A DNA stretch of 62,941 bases, filler included, from 4 parts of 4 records of this genome joined end to end with filler, not necessarily neighbours in it; one strand, 5' to 3'. Shown: positions 42,362 through 52,272, counted from the whole stretch's first letter. Notes: generated by a model not told the origin, from the sequence alone. Numbers and translations: made by a program.

Positions 42362-45300
42362 ATGTCAAGAAAATTCAAGAGAGTTTTAATTGCAAACCGG
42401 GGGGAAATTGCAGTTAGAATAATCAGAGCTTGTAACGAATTAGGAATTAGAACTGTAGCAATTTATTCTGAAGAGGATAAGAATGCTCTATTTAGAACCA
42501 AAGCAGATGAAGCATACATGATAGGTAAAAATAAAGGGCCTATTGAAGCTTATCTGGATATTGATGAAATAATCAAAGTAGCATTAAAAAAAGGTGTAGA
42601 CGCAATTCATCCTGGTTATGGATTCCTATCGGAAAACGCTGACTTCGCAAAAAAATGTGAGGAAGCAGGAATGGAATTTATCGGACCAACAGCTGAAATG
42701 ATGGATCAACTTGGTGATAAAATCAAGTCGAAAATCGTTGCTGCAAAAGCTGGAGTAGCTACTATTCCAGGTGTAGATAAGCCTGTTGAATCGGAAGAGG
42801 ATGCTAGAGAATTTGCTGCAAAATGTGGATATCCTGTAATGTTAAAAGCTGCTGCCGGTGGTGGTGGAAGAGGAATGAGAATCGTCCGTACAGAAGAGGA
42901 ATTAATCCCACAATTTAAAAGTGCAAAAAGTGAAGCCAAAAAAGCATTTGGAATCGATGATATGTTCATTGAGAAATATCTTGAAGATCCAAAGCATATC
43001 GAAGTACAAATTATTGGAGATAAATTTGGTAATGTAGTTCACTTATATGAAAGAGATTGTTCAGTACAAAGAAGACACCAAAAAGTAATTGAATTTGCAC
43101 CTTCTTTAACACTTTCTCAAGATCAAAGAGATAAAATTTGTGAAGATGCTTTAAAAATCGCAAATACAGTAAAGTATAGAAATGCAGGAACATTAGAATT
43201 CTTAGTAGATAAACATGGAGATCATTACTTTATTGAAATGAATCCTAGAATTCAGGTTGAGCATACAATTACAGAAGAATTAACTGGAATTGATATTGTT
43301 CAAACTCAGATATTGGTTGCAGAAGGATTCCCTTTAGATTCACCACAAATTGGTATCGACTCTCAGGAATCAGTTCAAGCCAGAGGTTTCTCTATTCAGT
43401 GTAGAATCACTACAGAAGATCCGTCGCATAATTTCATGCCGGATACTGGTAAAATTGATATCTATAGAACTGGATCAGGTAACGGTATCAGACTAGATGG
43501 TGGTAACGCATATGCAGGAGCCATTGTTAGTCCTTATTATGATAGTTTATTAGTAAAAGTAATCTCATACTCAAATCATTTCCAAGGAGCTATTAATAAA
43601 GCTTTAAGAGCGATTAAAGAACTTGAAATAGTTGGAGTTAAGACTAATATTGATTTCATAGTTAATGTATTGAATCATCCTGTTTTCCAAAATGGTGAAT
43701 GTGCAACTAATTTCATCGCACAACACCCTGAGTTATTTGAAATTAACATGAAAAAAGATCAAGAATATAATATCATTAGTTATATAGCTGAAAAAGTGGT
43801 AAATGAAACTCATGGATTTAAACAAGAGTTTGATGTACCGGTAGTACCAAAATTCCCTAAACCTGCTGATTTCTCAGGATCAAAACAGATTCTAGATGAA
43901 AAAGGTCCAGAAGGTGTAGTTGAATGGGTTAAGAGTCAAAATAAATTACTATTAACAGATACAACTATGAGAGATGCACATCAATCATTGATGGCAACTA
44001 GAATGAGAACAATTGATATGGTAAAAATTGCGTCTGAAACTGCTTACGCAGGTAGAGACTTATTCTCATTTGAGATGTGGGGAGGAGCAACATTTGATGT
44101 TGCTTACAGATTCCTAAAAGAATCTCCATGGAAAAGATTAAGAAAAATAAGAGAAAAAATGCCTAACGTCATGCTTCAGATGCTTATCAGAGGTTCAAAC
44201 GGTGTAGGGTATAAAAATTACCCTGATAATGTAATCAGAGAATTCATTAAAGAATCGGCTGATAACGGAATTGATGTATTTAGAATATTCGATTCGCTAA
44301 ATTGGGTAAAAGGTATGGAAATAGCTATAGATGAAGTTAAGAAGCAAGGCAAAATCGCTGAAGCATGTCTATGTTACACTGGAGATATCTTAGATAGCTC
44401 AAAAAATAAATACACTTTAGAGTACTATGTCAAAAAAGCAATTGAAATAGAAAAAACAGGTGCTCATATCCTTGGAATTAAAGATATGTCAGCACTATTA
44501 AAACCTTATGCTGCTTATAAATTAATTAAAGCGCTTAAGAGAGAGATTTCTATTCCGATTCACTTACATACACATGATACTACTGGTAATGGAGTTGCAA
44601 CTCTTATGATGGCAGCAGAAGCCGGAGTAGATATCGTTGATACTGCATTCGCTTCAATGTCGGGATTAACTAGTTCTCCATCACTTAACTCTGTTGTAGC
44701 AGCGTTAGAAAATACTGATAGAGATACTGGAGTAGACTTAGACGAAATTCAAGAGATTTCAGATTACTGGGCTGCAGTTAGACCTGTTTACGCTCAATTT
44801 GAGTCTGGATTAAAATCTGGATCAACTGAAATTTATAAATATGAAATTCCTGGAGGACAATATTCAAACTTAAAACCACAGGTTGAAAGTTTTGGACTTG
44901 GACACAGATTTAATGAAGTTAAAGAGATGTTTAGAGAAGTTAACCAGTTAGTTGGAGATATCGTTAAAGTTACACCATCATCTAAGATGGTTGGAGATAT
45001 GGCAATATTTATGGTTCAAAACGATCTAAACTCTAAAAATATACTAGAAAAAGGTAAGAATTTAGCTTTCCCTGATTCAGTAGTAGCATACTTCAAAGGT
45101 ATGATGGGACAACCGGAAGGTGGATTCCCAGAAGGTCTTCAGAAAATAGTACTAAAAGGTGAAGAACCAATTACATGTAGACCAGGTGAACTTTTACCTG
45201 CTGAAGATTTTGATTATATCCTTGAAGGTTTGGTTAAAAATTATCCAAATATGAAATTCAATAAACATCATGTGCTAAGTTATGCTTTATATCCGGATGT

Positions 45301-45799
45301 ATTTATTGACTACTTAGAATATGTAAATGTTAATGGAGATTTAGGAAAACTAGGAAGTGACATCTATTTCCACGGACTAGCAGAAGGAGAAATCTGTGAG
45401 ATAAAAGTTAAAGAAGGTAAAACATTAGTTGTTAAACTTTTATCTATGTCAAAAGTTGACGATGAAGGCTTCAAAGCTGTTACATTCGAAGTAAATGGAA
45501 ACAGAAGAGAAGTTAGAATTAAAGATAAAACTTCTTTATCTAAAGGAAATGCAATGAATCAAGTTCAATTAGCTGATCCAGATAATGATAATGAAGTTGG
45601 TTCAAGTATACCAGGTACTATCGTTAAGATATTAGTTAACGAAGGAGACGAAGTTAAAGAAAATGATAGTTTAGTAGTAATTGAAGCTATGAAAATGGAA
45701 ACAAATATTACTGCTAAAATTTCTGGAAAAGTTTCAGCTATTCATGTAAAAGAAGGACAAGAGGTTAAATCTGGAGAACTTTTACTTGAGATAGATTAA
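42362..45799 (+). CDS. pyc: Pyruvate carboxylase
   Basis: Biotin carboxylase ANRGEIA, carboxyltransferase RDAHQSL and HLHTHDT, and biotinyl EAMKME; 1145 aa. Confidence 0.97.
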   Translation: MSRKFKRVLIANRGEIAVRIIRACNELGIRTVAIYSEEDKNALFRTKADEAYMIGKNKGPIEAYLDIDEIIKVALKKGVDAIHPGYGFLSENADFAKKCEEAGMEFIGPTAEMMDQLGDKIKSKIVAAKAGVATIPGVDKPVESEEDAREFAAKCGYPVMLKAAAGGGGRGMRIVRTEEELIPQFKSAKSEAKKAFGIDDMFIEKYLEDPKHIEVQIIGDKFGNVVHLYERDCSVQRRHQKVIEFAPSLTLSQDQRDKICEDALKIANTVKYRNAGTLEFLVDKHGDHYFIEMNPRIQVEHTITEELTGIDIVQTQILVAEGFPLDSPQIGIDSQESVQARGFSIQCRITTEDPSHNFMPDTGKIDIYRTGSGNGIRLDGGNAYAGAIVSPYYDSLLVKVISYSNHFQGAINKALRAIKELEIVGVKTNIDFIVNVLNHPVFQNGECATNFIAQHPELFEINMKKDQEYNIISYIAEKVVNETHGFKQEFDVPVVPKFPKPADFSGSKQILDEKGPEGVVEWVKSQNKLLLTDTTMRDAHQSLMATRMRTIDMVKIASETAYAGRDLFSFEMWGGATFDVAYRFLKESPWKRLRKIREKMPNVMLQMLIRGSNGVGYKNYPDNVIREFIKESADNGIDVFRIFDSLNWVKGMEIAIDEVKKQGKIAEACLCYTGDILDSSKNKYTLEYYVKKAIEIEKTGAHILGIKDMSALLKPYAAYKLIKALKREISIPIHLHTHDTTGNGVATLMMAAEAGVDIVDTAFASMSGLTSSPSLNSVVAALENTDRDTGVDLDEIQEISDYWAAVRPVYAQFESGLKSGSTEIYKYEIPGGQYSNLKPQVESFGLGHRFNEVKEMFREVNQLVGDIVKVTPSSKMVGDMAIFMVQNDLNSKNILEKGKNLAFPDSVVAYFKGMMGQPEGGFPEGLQKIVLKGEEPITCRPGELLPAEDFDYILEGLVKNYPNMKFNKHHVLSYALYPDVFIDYLEYVNVNGDLGKLGSDIYFHGLAEGEICEIKVKEGKTLVVKLLSMSKVDDEGFKAVTFEVNGNRREVRIKDKTSLSKGNAMNQVQLADPDNDNEVGSSIPGTIVKILVNEGDEVKENDSLVVIEAMKMETNITAKISGKVSAIHVKEGQEVKSGELLLEID

Positions 45800-45825
45800 T
45801 TAAATAATATTTTGTTTAAATATTT

Positions 45826-45859
45826 TCAGCCTGATTTAATTAAATCAGGCTGATTTTTT
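45826..45859 (+). terminator. pyc terminator
   Basis: 28-bp palindrome TCAGCCTGATTTAATTAAATCAGGCTGA followed by T6. Confidence 0.85.
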
Positions 45860-45908
45860 ATAATACCAGGAATTTGATTATACTCATATAATTATTTTAT
45901 AATATTAA

Positions 45909-46424
45909 TTAGTACTCTCTTCGTTTATCAATAATAATTTCATATAGATATTCATCATAATATTTTCCATCCCCTAAAAGTGCGGAAAATTTTCTTAGAC
46001 CTATAATGTTACCATTATAAATCTTGATAACATTTTCATATAATTTTGTTGCAGGATTTTGCGCAATAGAACACCATTCTATTTTTCTAATTTTAGGCAA
46101 CTTAGTTAGTTCAAAGAAAAAAGTATGCATGTCCTTAGTTGCAATTTTATTTTTATCTAAATTTTCCTTACTAACGAATTTAATAAAACTTAATCCTTCG
46201 ATTTTGTCATTGTATCTATCAATTCTAGCTAGAAAAAATCCTAAATAATTTCCATTGTTATCCGCAGAAACTCTTGCATACGAATTCCAATCTCTTTCTT
46301 CAATTTTTAATCTTCTATCATTAAAAAAATTACCTTGATAGTATTTATTCTTTTCATTAAGTGATGCTTCATATAACTGCTTTTTTAATTTATCGGTATT
46401 AATAAAATCCAAAGGTAATAACAT
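45909..46424 (-). CDS. Hypothetical protein, possible RimJ/RimL-type GNAT fold
   Basis: 171 aa with a C-terminal N.A..LYE...G..IG......DGKYYDEYLYEI pattern. Confidence 0.5.
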   Translation of the reverse strand: MLLPLDFINTDKLKKQLYEASLNEKNKYYQGNFFNDRRLKIEERDWNSYARVSADNNGNYLGFFLARIDRYNDKIEGLSFIKFVSKENLDKNKIATKDMHTFFFELTKLPKIRKIEWCSIAQNPATKLYENVIKIYNGNIIGLRKFSALLGDGKYYDEYLYEIIIDKRREY

Positions 46425-46573
46425 TTTTAATCGACCCCCATTGTTATAATTTATTGAGTTTTGTAAAATAATATAGTTAATACATCAAATCCCAAAAGTA
46501 TGTATATTTAATTACGGTCATTTTCTATATATACCTGTAGTTTTATTTTTAGTTTTTCATTTTCACCTTAATT

Positions 46574-46630
46574 AAAAAACTGACCTAAAAATCTATTAAT
46601 TAAAATAAATTCTAGGTCAGTTTATTTTTT
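46574..46630 (-). terminator. Probable terminator downstream of marC
   Basis: AAACTGACCTA...TAGGTCAGTTT inverted repeat with flanking A and T runs. Confidence 0.6.
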
Positions 46631-46640
46631 GAATTTTATT

Positions 46641-47288
46641 TTATCGTGATAAAATTTCATTAAACTGTGCTACTATCTCAAGCATGCCTTGACTAAGTAA
46701 CTTTATACCTGTTGCCATAATAAATATTTGCATAACACGTGCTAATACAAATAGTGCTAATTTCCCAAATATTTTTTCTATTATATGTGAATGTGCGAGT
46801 AAAATCTTAATTATAACAAATGCAAGTATTGCAGATAAAATAACCATTATAACTCCACTCTCTTTTTTAATAATTAAGATAGTCGCCATTGATCCGGGAC
46901 CTACTAAAATTGGAAATGCCATTGGTATTATACCTTTATGTAACTCATCTTCATCAGACAATTCCTCTTTCTTTTCCTCGCTTTTCTTTTTATTCTTTCT
47001 TGGTGCTAATAGATTTTTAATTGCAACTATTACTAATAGTAAACCTCCTGCAACTTTGATCTGCGTCATTTCAACTTTAAATAAATATTTCAACATCAAA
47101 TCTCCAACAAGTCCAAATAACAGAACAATTGAAAAACCAGTGTAAACAATCAAGTTAAAAAGCTTCCCCCTTACCTTCTTATCCATGTGTTCCGTCATAC
47201 TAACAAAAAGTGATACATTTCCAAATGGATTCATGATAGCAAGTAATGTTGTTGCATCCATTATGATGTGAGCCAATGATAGCTTCAT
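46641..47288 (-). CDS. MarC-family membrane protein
   Basis: Motifs IMNPFGN, VAGGLLL and IPMAFPILVGPGS; about six TM segments. Confidence 0.9.
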   Translation of the reverse strand: MKLSLAHIIMDATTLLAIMNPFGNVSLFVSMTEHMDKKVRGKLFNLIVYTGFSIVLLFGLVGDLMLKYLFKVEMTQIKVAGGLLLVIVAIKNLLAPRKNKKKSEEKKEELSDEDELHKGIIPMAFPILVGPGSMATILIIKKESGVIMVILSAILAFVIIKILLAHSHIIEKIFGKLALFVLARVMQIFIMATGIKLLSQGMLEIVAQFNEILSR

Positions 47289-47627
47289 TTTATTTCTTTC
47301 CTCCTAAATTTTTAATGGTAATAGTGCCTTCAATTCCAAATTGACAACAAATAATAACACATTTATGTGCTTTTGTCCCGTTATATCTCAAAATATTTAT
47401 GTGTTTAAGGATATTCAGAAGTATATCTATTTTGTGAATTAAACCCGAATGTTCTGCTTTATTTAAATGCAAATATTTGCTCAAGGATGGAGAATGAAAC
47501 TCAACCGGAATTAAAAGGTCCTATAATAATATCTTAGAAATACAGCCTAGATACTTAACTTATTCTTCACTGAAAATTCTTAGCCGCGCTAATATTTAAT
47601 CGAAATTTAATTTATTAAAAATTCTAT

Positions 47628-47650
47628 AAATAGATATAATTTACATTATA
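47628..47650. repeat. Left attachment site: dif-like 23-bp core
   Basis: AAATAGATATAATTTACATTATA, identical to 55677-55699. The minus strand reads AGTATCTATAA-TGTAAA-TTATATCTATT (11-6-11). Confidence 0.85.
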
Positions 47651-47814
47651 GATACTTTTTTGGAAGACTTTTAGAAGGAAAGACGGAATAGAACTACTAT
47701 AAATTGTGAAAAAAGAATACAACTTTAATTATTAAGCTACTTGATGTTAATGGCATTTGTAACAAAAGTAAAATTAAACTTGTAATATAGCTTAAAATTA
47801 AGTATAATAAAAAT

Positions 47815-47901
47815 GAGCAGATTAAAGACGCACTTAGGGCGTAGTTATTCTGTGAAATCATATACCAAATTTAGAGGGAGTGCGCCAACACTCTCTTTTT
47901 T
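47815..47901 (+). ncRNA. Candidate ~87-nt sRNA inside the left end of the element
   Basis: TTGTAA-17-TATAAT promoter (47780-47808), an internal ACGC..GCGT hairpin, and terminator AGAGGGAGTG-CGCCAA-CACTCTCTTTTTT. Confidence 0.6.
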
Positions 47902-48112
47902 GTTCCTCTAAATCTAGTATACTCCTATAAAAGTTTTTTTGCAAGAAAATTTTACCAAATATAATCACATTAATAAATAATAATATTATAATTGTTCTAA
48001 AATTAAAGTAAAATATCCTAAATCATTTAATTTTTCTAATTGTTCTAAAATCATTTGCCAACTATAATAGTATATAGTATAATTAAACAACTAACTTTAA
48101 GGAGCTGATAAT

Positions 48113-48508
48113 ATGGATTTTATCAAATATTTATTTAAAAATTTAGCAAAACTACTATTAGGCTTAATATTACTATTAATAGGTCTTTTTATTATTACAG
48201 AATTTCCATTAATCGCGTTAATCATTGGAATAGTTTTATTTTATTACGATAAATATAAAAGAGAGAAGTTTGGCAAATCCATTTTTAAAACAAAGTTCAT
48301 TTCTAAAAATAATAACGAACTTAATAATATTATTCATGTAGTTCTAAAAAATAAATTTAAAATAACCAAGGAACAATATAGCAAGTATCAAGCTTCGAGT
48401 TTTTACAGTTATTTATACAGTAATAACATAAACAAAAAAGAAATTGATTACAGTTTGGAAAGTTTGATTATCAGTAACTATAAAGCTTACCTACAAAATC
48501 AAAACTAA
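48113..48508 (+). CDS. Accessory membrane protein of the element
   Basis: 131 aa with two N-terminal TM segments, an AAGGAG RBS and its own TTGCCA-17-TATAAT promoter (48055-48083). Confidence 0.75.
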   Translation: MDFIKYLFKNLAKLLLGLILLLIGLFIITEFPLIALIIGIVLFYYDKYKREKFGKSIFKTKFISKNNNELNNIIHVVLKNKFKITKEQYSKYQASSFYSYLYSNNINKKEIDYSLESLIISNYKAYLQNQN

Positions 48509-48518
48509 TATTTTAAAC

Positions 48519-48542
48519 AAAAAAGGAGCCTAGGCTCCTTTT
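48519..48542. terminator. Bidirectional terminator
   Basis: AAAAGGAGCCTAGGCTCCTTTT palindrome between convergent ORFs. Confidence 0.8.
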
Positions 48543-48555
48543 ATTATTTAACCTT

Positions 48556-49029
48556 CTAAGCTTCGGCTGTCGTAGACCCAAGAGAAACACTAGAAGACAT
48601 TTTAACATCTTCGATCGTAGCCTCTCCGATCTTCTTACCTTTTAATGCATTTACAAGAGCATCTACTTTAGTATCATTATCTGATAACGGTAAAGGTAGA
48701 TATAAAGTTTGAAGTTTAACATCCTCTTCTCCGATCTTTGCAGTTCTAGTTAATCCAATTTTTTTAAACTTAGTATTATCAGCAGTTCCTGCAACTGGTT
48801 TAAGAGTTCCTTCTAAATAAGTTTCTAGTCTCATTACTGGTGCAAATCCTGTTACAGTAAATTCTCCTGTTGATTCAATAGCATCAGAAATTACCTTTAC
48901 ATCAGCAGGTTTGACACCGGGATAGAAATATGATTTTGTTTGATCTCCTTGCGCAACCTGAATATTAATCCCCACACATTTAAAATTATCAACAACATAA
49001 TTAGCAATTGTAGCATTTGTAATAGCCAT
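48556..49029 (-). CDS. Hypothetical protein; candidate major virion protein
   Basis: 157 aa, soluble, with a full AGGAGGT RBS, high-expression codon pattern and its own terminator. Function is inference. Confidence 0.55.
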   Translation of the reverse strand: MAITNATIANYVVDNFKCVGINIQVAQGDQTKSYFYPGVKPADVKVISDAIESTGEFTVTGFAPVMRLETYLEGTLKPVAGTADNTKFKKIGLTRTAKIGEEDVKLQTLYLPLPLSDNDTKVDALVNALKGKKIGEATIEDVKMSSSVSLGSTTAEA

Positions 49030-49175
49030 ACTATTACCTCCTATTTTTTATTTATTTATAACAGTCAACTATTAATAATTGACAGGTTATTTACTATTTT
49101 ATTTAATAAAGGGTATTGCCCCCTCCGTCTCCCTAATAATTTATTATTTAATAAAATATCAAGTGGGAGCCTATG

Positions 49176-49290
49176 ACTATTCAAGCATTTTTAAGAAAAC
49201 CACTTAAAAACACTAGAATAGTGAATCGATATCAATACTTTTTCCGGCTGAGTATGGTGCACAGCACCTGTACAGCCTCTAAAAAGTATT
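49176..49290. other. Two long imperfect hairpins (candidate single-strand origin or packaging signal)
   Basis: ACTATTC..TTTTTAAG/CTTAAAAA..GAATAGT (49176-49222) and AATACTTTTT..GGCTG..GGTGC-ACA-GCACC..CAGCC..AAAAAGTATT (49234-49290). Confidence 0.55.
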
Positions 49291-49667
49291 TAATCCATTC
49301 TACAAGTTTTTAACTGAAAGCTATCTCCAAATAGAATTTTTAAATCATTCTGCAATTCAATTTGACTTGATTGATATAATGGATTAAATGTAGAATCCTT
49401 TAGTAATGGTAAAATTTTTCGAATTACGGGAATAGTTTTACCTTGATACTCAAAAGAACCTCCAAATGTTAAATTTTCTTTAGGTAAACTCATTTCTGTA
49501 TCAAAATAAGTCACTTCCGCAAAACTTACTACCAGAACATTACATCGAGTTTCATAAAAATTCTTTACAATAGAACTAGTTAGAACTTTAGAAGTTTTAA
49601 TCTCTTGTGTAAAGCTTCTACCATCAGTAGTACTTTTAAAACTTAATTTATAATAATTTAAAGACAT
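49290..49667 (-). CDS. Hypothetical protein; candidate minor virion protein
   Basis: 125 aa, start overlaps the upstream stop (TAATG); weak resemblance to the 157-aa ORF. Confidence 0.6.
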   Translation of the reverse strand: MSLNYYKLSFKSTTDGRSFTQEIKTSKVLTSSIVKNFYETRCNVLVVSFAEVTYFDTEMSLPKENLTFGGSFEYQGKTIPVIRKILPLLKDSTFNPLYQSSQIELQNDLKILFGDSFQLKTCRMD

Positions 49668-49957
49668 TATTTCACCTGCTTAGCATTAATAAAAGTCCAA
49701 TATAAACGTTCAAGCCAATTACCATTACTCATTGGTTTATTTAATCTAGCATTTTTATTTAATCCAACTAAAGCAGTAGTGCCTAAATAATTTCTAGTCA
49801 TTGCATTACTTAACATATATTTCTTATAATTTAATTCTACTTCTTTTAAAGATAAATCAACCGATCTTTCAATTATTTCCATTGAATCACTAGTAGTATC
49901 AACAATTAAATTAGCACCTACTAAAGTAGCAGCAGCACCAACAACTAAAGCACCCAT
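49667..49957 (-). CDS. Hypothetical protein with hydrophobic N-terminus
   Basis: 96 aa beginning MGALVVGAAATLVGANLIV; translationally coupled on both sides. Confidence 0.65.
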   Translation of the reverse strand: MGALVVGAAATLVGANLIVDTTSDSMEIIERSVDLSLKEVELNYKKYMLSNAMTRNYLGTTALVGLNKNARLNKPMSNGNWLERLYWTFINAKQVK

Positions 49958-50292
49958 TAAGTAAACAACCCCTTTATTGTATTAAACACACCTTTTACAG
50001 AACCCCACATATTCTGAACAAAAACTCTAGGGTCTTTAATAAGGTCCTCTACAGCTTCATCCATTGCCTGCATTACTAAAATAGTCATAAAAGTATCATT
50101 ATTATTTACATAAGATTTTATTAACTTTTCAAGCCAATCAATAGGAACAGTCAAACCTGTTTTCTTTTTTAAAAACTCCTGAAAAGCTTGCATATTGAAA
50201 TCATTTAATCCATCAAGAGCCATTTGAGTCATAAAATCTTGTAAAGTAGGTAAAATAACAAACATAATATATTTCGCCTTTAAATTTGTCAT
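49957..50292 (-). CDS. Hypothetical helical protein
   Basis: 111 aa, ATGA overlap with the 557-aa ORF, amphipathic C-terminus. Confidence 0.65.
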   Translation of the reverse strand: MTNLKAKYIMFVILPTLQDFMTQMALDGLNDFNMQAFQEFLKKKTGLTVPIDWLEKLIKSYVNNNDTFMTILVMQAMDEAVEDLIKDPRVFVQNMWGSVKGVFNTIKGLFT

Positions 50293-51962
50293 GAACCTTC
50301 ACCTTCCTCAGACTCAAAAGAAAAAGAATTAATTAAGTCAAGAATTTCATTTTCTTCCTCTGTTAATTGTGATTTATCTATAGTTCCGTATTTTACTTTC
50401 TTATCACCACTTAATTTCATACTATCAATATCTAAGTCTTTAATAATCTTACTAGTTTCTTTTTTAGACAAGTTACTAGTTGCCGATTTCAAATATTCTT
50501 CATGAGCTTTTAGTTTTCCCTGAGAATTAGCATAAACACCTTTATGCATTTTTATTTCATTTCCAAAACTATCAGTATAATCTTCTGTTAAATCACTATG
50601 TAGCTGTTCATGAGCTTGTTTTTCTCTTCCTTTTCTATCAAGCCCTTGCTCATCTTCCATTGCATCGACTTCCGTTTGATACTTATTTTTTTTATTCCAG
50701 ATGTCTTGATATCCGGTTCCATCTTCTTTATAATCTTTGTTATATTTTGCTTCTACAATACCTGCTATTTTGTCAGTATGAGTTTTGTATAAGTCTTTGA
50801 ATACTCCAAATACATCTTTAATTCCGCTAAATGCTGTTGTTAATCCATCAGCTACCAATTCTATACTAGTTGGTACACCTTCAACTTTTGCGGTTGCAAT
50901 TATATTACCTGAAATACTAGTTTCAATAGTTTTTCCATCTAGTCCAGAACCATCTACAGTAAGAATTTTGTCAAAAGAACCGTTATCAACTAGAAGTTTC
51001 ATTGCTTCCAATTCCTGAATACTAAGTGGTTTAATACCCATTTGAGCATTTGCAAGACTGTCTTTTGCATCTTGAGACAATTCCAGATTTCCTGTAATTG
51101 GTTGTTCTGGTGCAACTACATTCATAGTAATAGGATTCTCTGAAAAATTAGGTTGTTCAACTGTCATTTTAGCGTTACCGCCACTTAACCAATCTTTGTC
51201 AGCCTGTGGCATTTCAAATAGTACTTTTTTATTATCTAAATCTCCAGTATCAAGTTTTAATTCTGGAGGAGTTCCCCAATTTACATTCACTTCACCGCTC
51301 ACTGTTGAACCTCCTGTATCAGATGGTATGTTATAAGGATTGAGTGTTTGCTCTCCTGTGATAGTTCCCTCAGAATTTTCAAACCATGTATTTAAATAAT
51401 AGTAAAATTCATTATTCGAATCTATTCCCCAATCAAGATTATATCTAAATTCAGGATTAGTTGCTTGTTGCATCTCTAAATTAGAAAGGGTTCCTGAACT
51501 ATTAAGCCAAGCCTCGAAGGCTTCTTGTTGTTGTTTTGCTAATTCTAGTTTCTGAGCTTCTATCTCTTCTTGAGATTGTGGAAATTCCAAATCAACATCA
51601 AGTTCACTTCCTAAATTAATTGAAGTTTCTCCAACAGAAATATCAGTATATTGTCTATTAGTACCGATTATTCGAAATGAATTATCATAATGTACTAACT
51701 GATCTGAGTAACTTATTAGACACGAAGTATTAGAAGTATAACCAGAACCTTGTGTAATATAAGCAATTAGTTCCAAATTCCAATCAAAATTATAACGTAA
51801 TTTAATGAGTAAAGTATAATCACCAGAATAACCCTTACTAGTAAAAATATCCTTGAAATACGAAGTTTCACCAAGTAAACTAGAATAAAGTTTTGATCTA
51901 AAAGCACTTTCCCCCATGCCTTCTGCTTCATTCTTTGTAACGCTCATTTTAATAATTGCCAT
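50289..51962 (-). CDS. Large hypothetical protein; candidate adsorption or DNA-pilot protein
   Basis: 557 aa, modular: beta-rich N-terminus, short coiled coil, Pro/Gly linker and charged helical C-terminus. No signal peptide or TM segment. Confidence 0.6.
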   Translation of the reverse strand: MAIIKMSVTKNEAEGMGESAFRSKLYSSLLGETSYFKDIFTSKGYSGDYTLLIKLRYNFDWNLELIAYITQGSGYTSNTSCLISYSDQLVHYDNSFRIIGTNRQYTDISVGETSINLGSELDVDLEFPQSQEEIEAQKLELAKQQQEAFEAWLNSSGTLSNLEMQQATNPEFRYNLDWGIDSNNEFYYYLNTWFENSEGTITGEQTLNPYNIPSDTGGSTVSGEVNVNWGTPPELKLDTGDLDNKKVLFEMPQADKDWLSGGNAKMTVEQPNFSENPITMNVVAPEQPITGNLELSQDAKDSLANAQMGIKPLSIQELEAMKLLVDNGSFDKILTVDGSGLDGKTIETSISGNIIATAKVEGVPTSIELVADGLTTAFSGIKDVFGVFKDLYKTHTDKIAGIVEAKYNKDYKEDGTGYQDIWNKKNKYQTEVDAMEDEQGLDRKGREKQAHEQLHSDLTEDYTDSFGNEIKMHKGVYANSQGKLKAHEEYLKSATSNLSKKETSKIIKDLDIDSMKLSGDKKVKYGTIDKSQLTEEENEILDLINSFSFESEEGEGS

Positions 51963-52096
51963 ACTATCACCCTAAACTTAATATAATTTTCTTGATATTA
52001 ATAAAACATTTATTTAAAAATAATGAATATATTTAAATTTTAATGTAATTATGATATAATAAAAAGATTCAAAATCTAAATAAGAGGTGGTTTTTT

Positions 52097-52267
52097 ATGA
52101 AATGTCAAATTTGTTCTGCACCAAATGCTATAATAACATATGACAGCGAATTTTTATGCGAAAATTGCGCAGAAAAAAGCGGCTATGAAATATGTACAGA
52201 CTCAGGAGAATACTGTAAAGACGTAGGATCATCAGTCTGTTTTAATTGTGATCACTATTCAGGATAA
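52097..52267 (+). CDS. Small Cys-rich (zinc-finger-like) protein, 56 aa
   Basis: Below the track cutoff. MKCQICSAPNAIITYDSEFLCENCAEKSGYEICTDSGEYCKDVGSSVCFNCDHYSG, with AGAGGTGG RBS, TGATATAAT extended -10 and a downstream terminator. Confidence 0.8.
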   Translation: MKCQICSAPNAIITYDSEFLCENCAEKSGYEICTDSGEYCKDVGSSVCFNCDHYSG

Positions 52268-52272
52268 CAACT

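Noticed and set aside
47290-47590. 64-aa ORF or possible riboswitch upstream of marC
   Set aside because: TTG start without a convincing RBS, and no yybP-ykoY, T-box or other riboswitch consensus that I could recognise.
47813-47911. 32-codon ORF MSRLKTHLGRS...
   Set aside because: It has no RBS and reads through a terminator, so the sRNA interpretation is preferred.
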